Part shown: piece by piece, positions 11,712 to 24,496 of the stretch
How the letters are laid out: each line of letters begins with the position of its first letter
Numbering within the stretch: the stretch's first letter is position 1
From: Octopus vulgaris
Lineage: Eukaryota
Assembly (NCBI GenBank): GCA_951406725.2
Contig: OX597818.1
Location: 1,922,001 to 1,986,000 of the forward strand
Direction: 5' to 3'
Length of the DNA: 64,000 nucleotides
Program-made: the position numbers and the translations under genes
The notes under the pieces: generated by a model
What the model was told of the DNA's origin: nothing
What the model saw: the letters and a program-made list of their open reading frames with translations, nothing else
Database searches by the model: none

Positions 11712-12420
11712 CAAGGTGACCCCAATAATATGACATCATTTGAAATGGAAATATTTAAATAACTACATGTTCTAGGTAAAAGAAATTAAGTAGGCTTCAT
11801 GTTGACCAATAAAAGATATATTTATCAAAATTCGAACTTGAGCTTTAGAGGGATGTAGATTTTATAACCGATTTCACCAACCTTCATAGATGTTCAATAT
11901 GTGCACCGCCTGTGACACGACGCACGTTAAGTCAGTAGTCCAACTCCTGTCAAACATGCTGTAGCATGTCTTGCGTAACTTTCTCCAGGGCCTCAGTGAT
12001 TCTCTACTTGAGTTCCTCTAGGCTTGTAGGAAGAGAAGATATAAACCAGTACTTTCACATAGCCCCATAGAAAAAAAAATCACTTGGTGTCAAGTCAGGT
12101 GAACGTGGTGGCCATTTCAACAACACTTTGTCATTATTACTGGCACGCCCGATCCATCTCCCTGATAGATTCTCATTGAGATTATCCCACACAGTCAGCT
12201 TTCAGTGACGTGGAGTCCCATCTTGTTGAAAAATGAAAGTGTTCATACTCATTTGCAATCAGCTCATCAAATAACCATTTCTGAAGCATTTGTACATAAA
12301 CATCGCCGGTCGTATTTCCCTCGAAGAGAAACGGTCCATAAAAACCATTTTTACTATACACCAAAGTGTTGCACGAGGAATCTGGGTTTCCAAAGATGCT
12401 CTTCTTACACACTTTCTTGG
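11712..12420 (-). pseudogene. Tc1/mariner-superfamily DNA transposon relic (transposase C-terminus)
   Basis: Minus strand GPFLFEGNTTGDVYVQMLQKWL, then RWIGR...WPPRSPDLTPSDFF-LWGY (~12155-12060). Confidence 0.85.
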
Positions 12421-14717
12421 GCTTCGCACAAATGTTTCCCGAACCTGACTGACAATATCTTCCGATGCTGATGATCATCCAGATCCTTTTACCTTGCACA
12501 GACAGCCTTCCGCTTTGAATTTTTTGTGCTATGTCCAAATCTGCTTTCCAGTTGGTGTATCTTTATTTAATTGACTAAGACCCTCCCACCAAAATTACTG
12601 GACTTGTGCCCAAATCAGAAATCATTATTACGTGTTTTTAATTGGAGAATATTTTGTGTGTTATTTGCGACACCTTGAGGTTCGGCGGCTCAGGCGACCG
12701 CCAAGATTGCCCAGTGTGTCTTCACCGAAAAATGTATGGACTTTTAATAAAAGTGCTTTTATAGTAAAATGGAGAATTAAATCCACATCAAAAAGACAGC
12801 TAACCTCTATGATGGTACGCACAATTTCTTGTCTATACCAAGCAACATTATCCGGCTTGTTAGAAGTTTTAGTGGGGAAGTTCCACTAATATTTCTTGTG
12901 TTGATGGTTACAAATGTATTTAATAACGGTGAGAGGATTTCTATATTTATCCCAGGACAAATTTTTTCTTGGATGGTATTCTATATTATCGTATATTGTC
13001 GGGCATCGAAGAAGAGTGGGACAAAATTAGTTACCGGGGTAAAATTAGTAATTTCTGATTTCTTATTTTCTTCCTACCTGTTTGAAATCATTACATTGCA
13101 AGTACTGTATCATCCCTTCGTACTGTTGCATCACTTTTAGGAGTAAAGATTGGTCAGCATAGTTGCTATATTTGAAGTTGAGAGAGGTTAGAACATAGTC
13201 AGGTGGCAGGTACTTTTTTTCAAAAATTTTTTCTCAACATTGACCCGATTGTAATGTAGGTTGCTAATAAAATATCAGGATAATTTTTTATCTTTAACAA
13301 TCAATATTCATCCATTTCGATTCGATAAAGATAATGTGCCAGTAAAGTACTGAGGTCGACGTAACTTATTAACCTCTCCTACAAAATTTCAGGCTTTGTT
13401 CTTATAGTAGAAAGAATAATTATTAAGAGCGACTTGAGGAAAATTTAGCTGTTATTTCGAGCAAGTCAAGCAATCACGACAGGTTGCCTCATCAGCTCGA
13501 ATCACTTTCAGATCCTACATATTACTTTCCTTCACCTAAAAATTTGAAAATCTTATACCTAGAAATGAAGTCATTAACTGCATAGGTTGCTCTCCTTCTT
13601 GCTATAATTCTTATTCTTGTGGAAGTAATTTTGTATTTTTGCACTTGAAAACTATTTGACTAGAAATCACGTGATTTTTTTCATTCTTTTCAGGATTAGA
13701 TCTTTTAGTTTTTAGCTTCCTGGTACATAGTTACCGTAGAAATATTTTCATGTCTAGCATGATAGATCTCTATATTTGCATCTGTTAACAACTCTTTTGA
13801 TTTTACTTCAATGTTGTCCATTGAAAAGCTTAAAGAAGAAGGCATGATTTTGTTTCATGTAGTTCATTTGGTACATTTGTTATCTCGTCATAGAAGTCAC
13901 ATCACGTTTCGATTACTCGCAAATGCGGATAAAGTTTATTTTCTTTGCAACTAACTCAAACTTAAGAACAAGATAAACAAATATTGTCCTTCAATCTGTT
14001 TGCGGGTAATCCATAGATATTGTCAATGTAAGACGATTAAGTAAATAAAATAAGACCTCATTGAACGTATCTCTTACTTTTGGGGGATTACGTTGCAAAG
14101 AATGACAGAACTGAAAGATGTTTTTATAAATAACTGGACACAGTTTTCACATGTTGTTTATAGAATGTTTTTGTATCATTGTAAAAGTTTATGATTATTT
14201 TTGTGCATTTAATGATTTATGAACTACGGCTGAATTTCTTTTTTCAATTTAGAATATATATATATATAAAGAGAGGGAGAGAGCACGGGAAGATAGGAGG
14301 AGAGGAAGAGAGAGGATGCAGAGAGACAGAGAAGTGTATTATAAAGAACAATAAGCTTTCCGTGTTCTGTTGCAATAAAACATCGAAATCACATTGAATA
14401 CATTGTTACGAATCATCATAACTAAATATACTAACACAGAACAAACCTAGATGATTGATTGATTGACCGAAGGATTAATCAAACAATCGATTAGTTAATA
14501 GGTTAATGATTTTATTAATAATATCAAAGAAAGTGAAAGCGAGCCAGTGCGTGTGTTTATTATTGACATAATGACCCTCTCGAGAAACATGATATGATCA
14601 AACTGCTTTTTGTGTTTTATATATGTAATATTATTTCTATAATATTTTTATAGAATACTTTATATACGTAATATTATCATGAGATTATTTAATGATATAT
14701 ACATTATATTGTTATTA

Positions 14718-14816
<99 letters not shown>

Positions 14817-14826
14817 TTATCAATTA

Positions 14827-14880
<54 letters not shown>

Positions 14881-14881
<1 letters not shown>

Positions 14882-15096
14882 GAAGGCAGCGAGCTGGTAG
14901 AATCGCTAACACGTCGAGCGAAATGCTGAGCGGCATTTCCTCCATCTTTACGTTCTGAGTGCAAATCCCGCCGAGATTAACTTCGCCTTTCATCCTTTCG
15001 GGGTCGAAAAATTAAGCACCAGTGAAACACTGGGGTCGATGTAATCGACTAGTCCCCTTACTCCAAATCTCAGGCCATGTGCCTTTCGTAGAAAGG

Positions 15097-15098
<2 letters not shown>
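14881..15098 (+). mobile_element. tRNA-derived SINE with conserved central box (Meta-domain-like), tail type 1, followed by (ATT)n
   Basis: aaggcagcgagctggtagaa...gcctttcatcctttcggggtcga...aagcaccag...gtgcctttcgtagaaagg. Confidence 0.85.
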
Positions 15099-15150
<52 letters not shown>

Positions 15151-15158
15151 CATTATTA

Positions 15159-15210
<52 letters not shown>

Positions 15211-15211
15211 G

Positions 15212-15504
15212 AAAGCAGCGAGCTGGCAGAATCGTTAGCATGCTGGACGAAATGCTTAGCGGTATTTCGGCTGCTGTTACGTTCTGAGTTCAAATTCCGC
15301 CGAGGTCAACTTTGCCTTTCATCCTTTCGAGGTCGATTAAATAAGTTTCAGTTACGCATTGGGATCGATATAATCGACTTAATCCGTTTGTCTGTCCTTG
15401 TTTGTCCTTTCTGTGTTTAGCGCCTTGTGGATAGTAAGGAAATAGGTATTTCGCCCGTCGATCCGTTCTGAGTTCAAATTCCGGTGAGGTCGACCTTGCC
15501 TTTC
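15212..15504 (+). mobile_element. Same SINE with Tx1-like tail (type 2), followed by a SINE body that is split by a Tx1 LINE
   Basis: Tail ...gtgtttagcgccttgtggatagtaaggaaatag|gtatttcgccc...gcctttc; the body resumes at 20887 (atcctttcggggtcg). Confidence 0.85.
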
Positions 15505-18500
15505 GCTCCAAGTAAGTTTAGTCTAAAACTTTTGTTTACACCAGTTTTGGTGCCGTTTATTCGTTTGGTCCCAAGTTGTTAATAGAAATACCAGGAACCT
15601 GTCACTAATTTTCTGTGTTTGCTTTGCCCTTCGCTGGGCTACATTCGGTCCACCAATTAAGTTCGGTGGGTGTTTAATTCAATACACTTCAACAAGATGG
15701 CGGAGTACATCTTGAAAGAACTAAGATAAAAAAACAACCTCTCCCGCAGGTCCCGCTGATGATTTCCCTCCCCTTCCCTCCGTTACTGGCAATAATACTG
15801 GTGAGGGGGAGGAGGAAAAGGATGGAGAAAAGTGCAGCAGCAGCAATGGCAACATCGACAACAGAAGTGGTAGCAGTGACAGCAACAGCAGCAGCAGAGA
15901 CAGCGACAGTGACAGCAACAGAAGCAGTGACAGTAGCAGCAGCAGTGGCAGCAGCAGTGACAACAGCAATAGCAGTTACAGCAGCAGCAGTGACAATAGC
16001 AGCAGTGGTGGTGGTAGCAACAACAATGCGAGAAACAGCAACAGCAGCAGCGGTGGCAATGACAGAAGTAGCAGAGATAACGTTTTCGTTAATAATGCTA
16101 CGGATTTTGGCGAAAAGAAAAATAATCCAACAATTGAAGGCGGAGTGGAGGGTAATAGCGGTGACGGTGTTGGCGAGAGTGGCAACGGTGGAAGTGGCCA
16201 CAACTACACCATCTCTACCAACATCAACAGCATCATAACAACAAATACGACGACAACAACTACAAAAACAATAGCAAAAATAAAAGGTTTGATGATGTAG
16301 CGAACACAAAGAGAGAAATGTTTGCCATCGGACTCGATGAAGCCCAGATGCAACATCTGTGGAGTCACTAACCACCTGAGAGCTTTCTGTCCCAAAAGGT
16401 TGGGAGGTATGCGGCTATGCCTGCAACCTACATCGCACCCCCAAAACAGCAACAGCAACAACAGAGACCTTCTAATAAAACGGTAGCCTCATCTCCAACA
16501 ACAGTAGACGCACCACTACCTCAACCAAATCCACCAATGCACTCATAACCACATGTAGTCCCCAAAAGAAAGCTCAGTCACCAATACGCAAACACCAAAT
16601 TATGTGCTCGTGAGGAGAGCCAACAAAAATTTTTTGACTTTCATAGCAAGAAACAAGGGGATTGAGAGAGGGGGTGTAATTTACGACACCATCACCCTTA
16701 GGGTTCCAGATCACTTAATGCTACTCAAACCATACAAAGAAATTCAGAAGGATTTCCCGCATGACGTGGGAAGGTCAAACGTTTGTGCTACGAAAAGGCT
16801 TTTAGCCCGTTTCCCAGAGGCTGCCAACAGCTCCAAGAGGGTAAGTAAGCTCACTCTTTTTTTTTCATTTCCTCAACCCTTTCGTGTCGTTATGGCGATT
16901 GTCAGAGTGGGCTGTGTAATTGACCTCAGATCGCTAGGCTTGGATGTGATAGCAGCCAGTGAGATTAGGATTTCCGACACGCGATCTTGCATCCCTTTTC
17001 GACGATTATGAGATCTGCGCATCTCTTAGTTAGCCCGGAATGGGAGGCGGGATGGCAGTGCTATTTAGGAAAGGCCTGAATCTCGAAGTTCGGACAATCT
17101 TCCGGGAACCGGAGGGTGGGTTGGTGGTCCTGGATGTAAGCGACAGTGAAGGTGGTGCCTTTAGACTAGTCGCTGTGTACACCCCACGGAAGCAAGGCAG
17201 CCAGATTTCTTCAAACATTTGGAAGTTTTCCTTGGGTCATCACGCTCTTTAATGTTAGTGGGTGACTAGAACGCCATCTTGGACGCACGCCTGGATAGGA
17301 GAGGGGGGATTAAAAGCCTCACAAACTTGCTCAGTCGCTTCCAGTTGACTGACAGGTACCGACTGGATTTCCCGAATGCGCCAATATGGACATGAGCGAA
17401 CCGCATCGGATCTTCTAGATCGTATCTAGATAGAGTATTTTGTAGGCCTGTAGATAGAATTAGTATACGTTCTCCACGTTTCAAAGTCGTCAGCTACACG
17501 GGCCATAAATTTGTGATCTGTACGGTTGATATAGATAGGATCCAGAGACAAGGCCCCGGATACTGGAAGCTGAACGCATCCTTCCCGGTGCGCCAAACTC
17601 TCAGAGACCGGGTTAGCAAGCTAGTCCATCGAGAGTTGGCAGAGGCAATCGTCAACAGCCGTTAGTGGATAGCCCTGAAAAGGGGTATTAGAGTAGAGGC
17701 AGTAGGTTCTAGTAAGGAAATAGCGTTTGAGGAATCTAGGATAGAGGAAAACCTGGTTAGGAAGCTAGAAGAGGCGCTTAGGAAAGGCGTAGCGACCGAC
17801 GTGCTAGCGTTGAGATTGGCTCAAGCACGAATGTTGTAGTGCCAGAGCTAGGGCGCATGCACAGAGGCCGAAGGGGACGAAAGCCGTTCGATGGGCTCTG
17901 GTGGCAGAGGCGCAACATGGAAACAAAACAACAATTCGGTCCTTGGCGAGATGTGATGGATGCATGATAACCGTGTCCAAGCTGATGTGTGCAGAATTTC
18001 AGCAGTACTTCGCCGAACTGTAGGAGCGCGAGATGGTTCTGTGACGGTGGTGGATTTCACCTCCTATCTCAGTGGCATGCAGCGCCTCTCAGCCAGGGAG
18101 GCGGAGTTCTACAAAATGCTGATAACAGCTGAAGATATACAGAACGCATGAAGGCCTGCGCAAGAGAGAAGTCTCTGGGGCGAGATGGTCTGCCTTTCGA
18201 GCTTTATTTTCATATGCCAGACTTGTTTGATGGTCTCTCGGCAGACGTCTACCATAACTGGCATCAGAACGGGAGAATTCCCAGGGCTGTGAGCCGTGGA
18301 GTGGTGGTGCTGTTGAGGAAGGTGCCGAACGAGGGGGACAAAATTGATCATTTTAGGCCTATAACTCTGCTGAATGCAGATTATAAGATTCTGGACAAAG
18401 TGTTTGCCAAGAGGTTGGCACTTGTCGTCAATAAGCTGGTTGGTGACTCGCATACATGCGCTATCCCAAACAGAACTATCCACAAACTCCACCACACGCG

Positions 18501-19766
18501 GAGAGGGTGGCTAAGGAACCTAGCATGGGTGAGGTCCTGATCAATTTGGATCAATCGAAAGCTCTTGATAGGGTTACCCACCAATATTTGGAGGCTGTTC
18601 CTGCAGCAGCGGGTTTCGGTCCTGTTTTCAGAGGCTGGATCGCTGCAATGTACTGTGACATTTGTTCGGTGGTTAAAGTAAATTGCCACCAATCGGAATC
18701 GTTTAGCATCGCTCTTTCGGTCCGTCAAGGACATCCACTCTCACCTCTTTGGGGCGTATTGGCTCTCGAGCCATTGCTGCGGAAGCTGAATATTTCGAGG
18801 GGCATCCCGCGTGATCTAGGATGCGAAAGTTTCGTGTTGGCTTACCTGGACAACTCGGATATCTCGTAAATCGAGGCAGTGCACTCTGCTCAAAGGGAGT
18901 ACGAAGCTGTGACGGGAGTAAAGATAAACCAGAAGAAGTCGGTGGGCCTGCAGCTCGGCACCTGGAGAGGCAGGTCCATGCCAACCGACAGCATTGTAAG
19001 GCACTGCACGAAAGGACCGGTTAAACTGCTCGGGGTCTGGTTTGGTCGAAACTGTCAGATGGACAAGAACTGTGGGAGGTGACGAGGGTGGCCAATCTCA
19101 ACCAGAAATAGGTAGAGAGGACTCTGAAGGGTCGGGAGGAGGTGGCGAATGCGTACATCACTTCTGTCATCTACTACTGCCTGACCGTCGTCACTTGCTC
19201 CACTTCGTACATGATAAAGATGGAGTGCTTGCTCGTCCACTTTCTATGGAAGGGACGTATTCCGCTCATCAGATGGTATATCTGCTGTCAACAGCCGCTA
19301 AGTGGAGGACTGAGTATGCCGTGGATAATGATGCGCAAACATGCGCTGAGGCTGAGACATCTCCAGCGTTTTCTTAACGGTGAGCAGGAGTGGTCACCGT
19401 TCGTCAAACAGGACTTTCCGCAGCTCGTCTCATTGATGGAGCTAGTCCTGGCTCAAGCGTAGACCAAGAAAGTGCGCTTGGTACCTGGAGTGTCCGTCAG
19501 CTGGGCAACGCGGTCGGTGGAAGTGCCATCATGGAGTTCTATAGAGGATTAGTGGAGGGAAAGTGTGACGATGCACTCGAGAAAACTCTGGGCGTCGACA
19601 GGGATGAGCTAACTGGCAATGCTACCGAGGAGCTTTGCCGGTTCCAGACAAGCTCTACAGACACGGAAGTGCTATCAGACTAACCTGTCAGAGGTGTTCT
19701 CAGGGCGATAAAACCGTCCTACATGCACTTGCCCAGTGTCCGTGCATTGCTGAACTCTGGAGCTTT

Positions 19767-19961
19767 ATTTACATTTGATGGATATTTGTCCTCATCTTGT
19801 TTGTTAACAACGTTTCGGCTGATATACCCTCCAGCCTTCATCAGGTGTTTGGGGAAAATTTCGAACCTGGGTTCTCATTCCTAAGGTATTTTTCGATGTA
19901 GTGGTTAAGAGCGCGGGCTACTAACCCCAAGATTCCGAGTTCGATTCCAGACAGTAACCTG

Positions 19962-20059
<98 letters not shown>

Positions 20060-20230
20060 CAACATCGAAAAATACCTTAGGAATGAGAACCCAGGTTCGA
20101 AATTTCCCCAAGACACCTGATGAAGGCTGGAGGGTATATCAGCCGAAACGTTGTGTTAACAACAAACAAGATGAGGACAAATATCCGCCAAATGTAAATA
20201 ATGTACATAATTCCTTATCTCTTAAATATA
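19767..20230 (+). mobile_element. Composite non-autonomous element: inverted HHR arm / tRNA-like head / (CAA,TAA)n / HHR arm
   Basis: 19765-19899 is the reverse complement of 20062-20201; duplication gaactYtggagcttt at 19752-19766 and 20231-20245; the Tx1 ORF2 resumes after it. Confidence 0.85.
20112..20157 (+). ncRNA. Type I hammerhead ribozyme (PLE-type, palindromic stem III)
   Basis: GACAC-CTGATGA-A-GGCTG(gagggtatat)CAGCC-GAAAC-GTT-GTGTT; stems I and II pair; inverted copy at ~19806-19848. Confidence 0.8.
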
Positions 20231-20840
20231 GAACTTTGGAGCTTTGTCGAACAGCTGTTGTCATGTGTAGGACAGGTCTGGTTATCAGCCAAGTCCATTG
20301 TGAGGATCGCCCCGCCGTCTTCTTTTGGCTGGGGGGGGGGAAAGGCAGATTTCCTCTGCCTGGTGGCTATAGCGAAAGAGGTAGTGTGGTGGACGAGGCT
20401 GAAAGGACTGACGACATACACTTTCCTCATCGCCTTTTTCAAGTTCCACTTGAGAAAGAAAATGAGAGTAGAGAGGGAAGTACAGCCCCCAGTAATTTTG
20501 TGGGTGAATGTTTCGAAAATGGCTCGTATGAATGGGCCTATTCTGAATATTTGTCTGTAAGCTGGAGCAGTTGAGGGGAAGAGGGCTGCCTACCTGGCTT
20601 GCCCTTGGCAGTCGGGATGACCAGGATGTGTGGGGTGCCCTGGTTGGCCCTGGGTAGAACTCCACTCACCCCACTATTGGGGAATTTTTGTTAACTGTTT
20701 TTGTTTTCTACGGTTTACACATTTTCCGTTTTAGACCCAACTTATCCCTTGTTTTGTATTGCCCCTATATATTTTTGTGTTCAGCCCTTGTAGCCAATAA
20801 AAAAGGATTATAAATAAAAGAATTAATTATTAATAAAATA

Positions 20841-20886
<46 letters not shown>

Positions 20887-20888
<2 letters not shown>

Positions 20889-20991
20889 CCTTTCGGGGTC
20901 GCTAAATTAAGTACCAGTAAAACACTGGGTCGGTTAAATCGACTAGTCCCCACACAAAAAAAATTCAGGCGTTTTGCCTATGGTAGAAAGG

Positions 20992-20992
<1 letters not shown>
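20887..20992 (+). mobile_element. 3' half of the SINE interrupted at 15504
   Basis: atcctttcggggtcgctaaattaagtaccag...tgcctatggtagaaagg(att)n. Confidence 0.85.
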
Positions 20993-21060
<68 letters not shown>

Positions 21061-21061
<1 letters not shown>

Positions 21062-23905
21062 TTTAAAAAAGGATTGACGTAACTCTTCACAAAGGTAAAC
21101 AGTCAAGACGAAGAGCGCGATTCGATTGTAAGTTATTTTATTGAACGATATTTCAACAGTATGTCTGTCTTTGTCAAGTTCAAAATAAGAAGCGATAAAA
21201 ATTCAGAAATTTAAAGGTAAAGTATGAATGAGAGCAAGTAGCGTCCACACGTTGATGGAATGACATCATCAGTTTTAAAGTCTTTAACAGGCGAAAAGAA
21301 AGAAAAACACAGAAAAAAGAAGACGACAGAAAAAAAGAAAGAAAAAGAGAGAAAGAAGAATATTTAATCAAACAGCTTTGTATAAATTTGATGATATTTT
21401 GCTGTCATCTTATTCATCCCTCCAGGGCATGATGTTAATAACCCGCAAACATATTTCCCCTCATACATTCTGAGAAGTGAAAGCGAAGTAGATTCAGAAT
21501 ATTTTCTGAGAATATGCACTTTCAAGTCTTCTTCAAAATTGCAGCCGCTTGAAACGAAATGTTCAGCAAGTTCTATCGAACTACTGTTATTGTGCCTGAC
21601 GTCGAATCTGTGGCCATTAAACCTTTTGTTTAATTGTTCCGTTGTGCAATTAACATAAATTAAGTTGTGTTTTGTGCATTCTGTAGCGTACACCAAATGG
21701 GAATCTTTACATGTTCCACCTTCTGTATAAATCATAACATTTCTGTTATGATTTCTGATGGAATTCACTTCACTCATGTGAACACAATGAACAGGGCTTA
21801 CCTCGGATCTTTTCGGTTTGAACGGCAGTTTTTTCTAGCGGTGTCATATGAAATTGTCACCCATAATTATGACCCTAGTATCGATCTATTGCATTTCAAT
21901 CTCTTTTAGGGTATGGGTTAGGGTTAGGGGTGCGGGAATGGGTATCTTTTTTTCTTCAGAAATGTAAATAAACCCAATCTGTTTCTAAAATGAGGGACAT
22001 ACAGCACATAATGTTTTCACCTCAATAGACGTCATTGATTGGTTGAAATAGCAGAAATTGAAGAAAAAAACAACAAATATCTTACAAACTATAGAATTTT
22101 CTCAATAAAGATGTTTTATAAACACATTCTACAAGTATACGAAGTTTAAAAGTGTTTAGTTACGTGGAAAATATTTTTAAAAACTGCCGTTCAAACCGAA
22201 AAGATCCCTTACCTCTCTTGCAGCTGTTCTTTAAGGTACAGCGTGTAGATACTTCAATGTTCGTTTTCTTGGAATCAGATATAGAGGTCAATAATTCTCT
22301 TATATTCTTATTCCGTCTAAAGGCTACAATAGGCGGCTGAGGAAATATCTGTTTGAAGCGAGGATATTTTTTCGCCACATGCTGGTAACTTTCATGCAAC
22401 ACTTTTGAAATGCCAGCGAAATGCCGGTGCCAGTTAATCACTAAAGGAATTATGTCATCTATTGTATTGTGTTTGCTAAAATTATGTCTGTAGGTTTGAC
22501 TATCTTTGTCAATCTTAGCTATTTCATTTGCTATTTCCTTTAATCGTGATTCACTGTAACCGCGTTTGGCATAATGACATACGAAAGCATTTGTATGTTT
22601 CCAGTATTCCAGTATTTTGAGGATAAAACGCGTTTGTACTGACATAAGGATGTCAGTACAAACGCGTTTTATCCTCAAAAATTTGAATTTCGGATTTGAC
22701 CGAATAAGATGATGTGGATGATCGGAGCGGCGGTGGAGATAAATGTGGGATGACGTGGGCTTGCAAAATAATTCTGCCTCCAGAAAACTTGACTTTAGTG
22801 TCCAAAAATTCAACGCTAGTTTTTGAATACCTAGACGTAAATTTTATGTTGAACTTAAAGCCATAGTTTCTAGCATAAAAGTCACAGAAATGCAAGAAGT
22901 CTATTAAACTATCCTGTGATCCTTCCCAGACAAAAAATACATCGTCAGTGAACCGTAACCAGAGTATTGGTTTATGACCATGAAGAGATTTGAATGTCTT
23001 TAGTAATTGTCTCGAATTTCATCATGAAGACATTAACGAAATTAACTGCCATGGGGATACCCATGGCGCAACCCTTTGTCTAGTGGTAAAATCTTTGTCT
23101 AAACTTCATTGTGTTACTTTCTAACCCAAACCTCAATAATCTACAGAGAAAATTTGATGGAATACTTTTGTTTGACCGCTTTTGGAAGGCATCCATGCAT
23201 GCTTCTACCCCCTCATCGTGGTCAATATTGGGATATAAGGAAGAAACATCCATGGTTACCAAAAAACAGTTCTCAATATGGCCTCGGTGCTTGAAAAAGT
23301 TATTGATTTTAGATACAAAATCAAACGTATCCCGAATATAGGAACTTGATCGTTTTGCTGCGGGGAGTAGAAAGCTATCTAGCCATTCCGAAATTTTGGC
23401 CGTGCAACATTCATATCCGCTGCAAATTGGGCGCATTGAAGGAAATCTTTCGAACTTTTTGTGTATTTTAGGGAGACCATAAAATACAGGTGTTCTTTCT
23501 GACCTTAAAATCTTAGATTCAGCCTTATTAACGAAATTGTTTTCCTCCATTTCCAGAATTATTTTGTCAAGTTCCTCTCTGTAATTGGGGTTTGGATCGA
23601 CAGGTAATTCTTTATATGAAGTTTTGTCATGTAAAACTTCTTCACAAGCCGAAATATACTCACTTTTGTCCATAATTACTATAGCGCCTCCCTTATCCGC
23701 CATCTTAATAACAATAGAATTGTTATTAGCTAGACGTTGGAGTGCGTAACGTTGGGAATTTGTGAGGTTGTCCCAGGATTTCTTTCCACTTGTTTTAAGG
23801 CTTTCTCTAATGCCTGCTTGACAAGATTCAAGAAATTCCAGTAGTGCTTGTGAACGTTTAAGGATGCTGAACAAAACACCCATATTTTCAGAAGTGTATA
23901 ATTCA
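21061..23905 (-). pseudogene. Penelope-like element (RT + GIY-YIG), frameshifted
   Basis: IVIKMADKGGAIVIM, FYGLPKIHK, RPICSG, LVTMDVSSLYPNI, WLRFTDDVF, EFLDT; GIY-YIG HLVYATECTKHNLIYV...PGGMN; degenerate HHR-like TTGACAA...GAAA at ~21150-21180. Confidence 0.9.
21805..22207. mobile_element. MITE with 28-bp TIRs and 8-bp TSD inserted into the PLE
   Basis: TIR ggatcttttcggtttgaacggcagtttt at both ends; TSD cttacctc at 21797-21804 and 22208-22215. Confidence 0.92.
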
Positions 23906-24030
23906 AATCCCAACTGGTTAAGGTCAAAGGTCTGACAAGCAAATCTGTGATGTTGAGCAGAATATGTACATGATAACACTTCCAATCAGTTAAGATCAGA
24001 AGTCATGAGAGCCAGTGCCTGGTATTTCTT

Positions 24031-24102
<72 letters not shown>

Positions 24103-24104
<2 letters not shown>

Positions 24105-24365
24105 AAAAGGAGAAGAAAGGGGACTCTATACACCCCCTTTTTTTTACCAGGCTCCCGTTGGCTTTTGTAGGGTTTTTTCCACCAGGAACCTTTCGAGACG
24201 TCTCCCCCTTTTGGGAGTTTTTCATTGTTGAATTTTATAAGTTGTTATAAAGATTTTTACTCGATGTTTTTAAAAAACGGCAAAACCCTTTGTAACCTTT
24301 CGTCCTGTCTTGTCCCTTTATGTAATCATGCGTGTCAGCCCTTGTGGCCAATAAAAAAAAGAATT
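24103..24365 (+). mobile_element. 5'-truncated Tx1-type 3' UTR in (ATT)n
   Basis: Ends gtgtcagcccttgtggccaataaaaaaaagaatt, like the Tx1 end at ~20780-20810. Confidence 0.6.
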
Positions 24366-24366
24366 G

Positions 24367-24404
<38 letters not shown>

Positions 24405-24412
24405 CATTATTA

Positions 24413-24481
<69 letters not shown>

Positions 24482-24496
24482 CACCATCATCATCAT

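Larger units (their letters stand above)
15505..20886 (+). mobile_element. Tx1-clade non-LTR retrotransposon, near full length, decayed
   Basis: ORF1 zinc knuckle CNICGVTNHLRAFC (16349-16390); APE motifs (ASEIR, GGGMAVLF, SRSYLDR, GPGYWKLN); RT motifs FRPITLLNADYKIL, LDQSKALDRV, SVRQGHPLSP; 3' end tgtgttcagcccttgtagccaataaa followed by (ATT)n. Confidence 0.9.

Noticed and set aside
12640-13200. Possible Gypsy pol relic (LDGILYYR...)
   Set aside because: A single short motif with no supporting RT, RNase H or integrase catalytic motifs readable.
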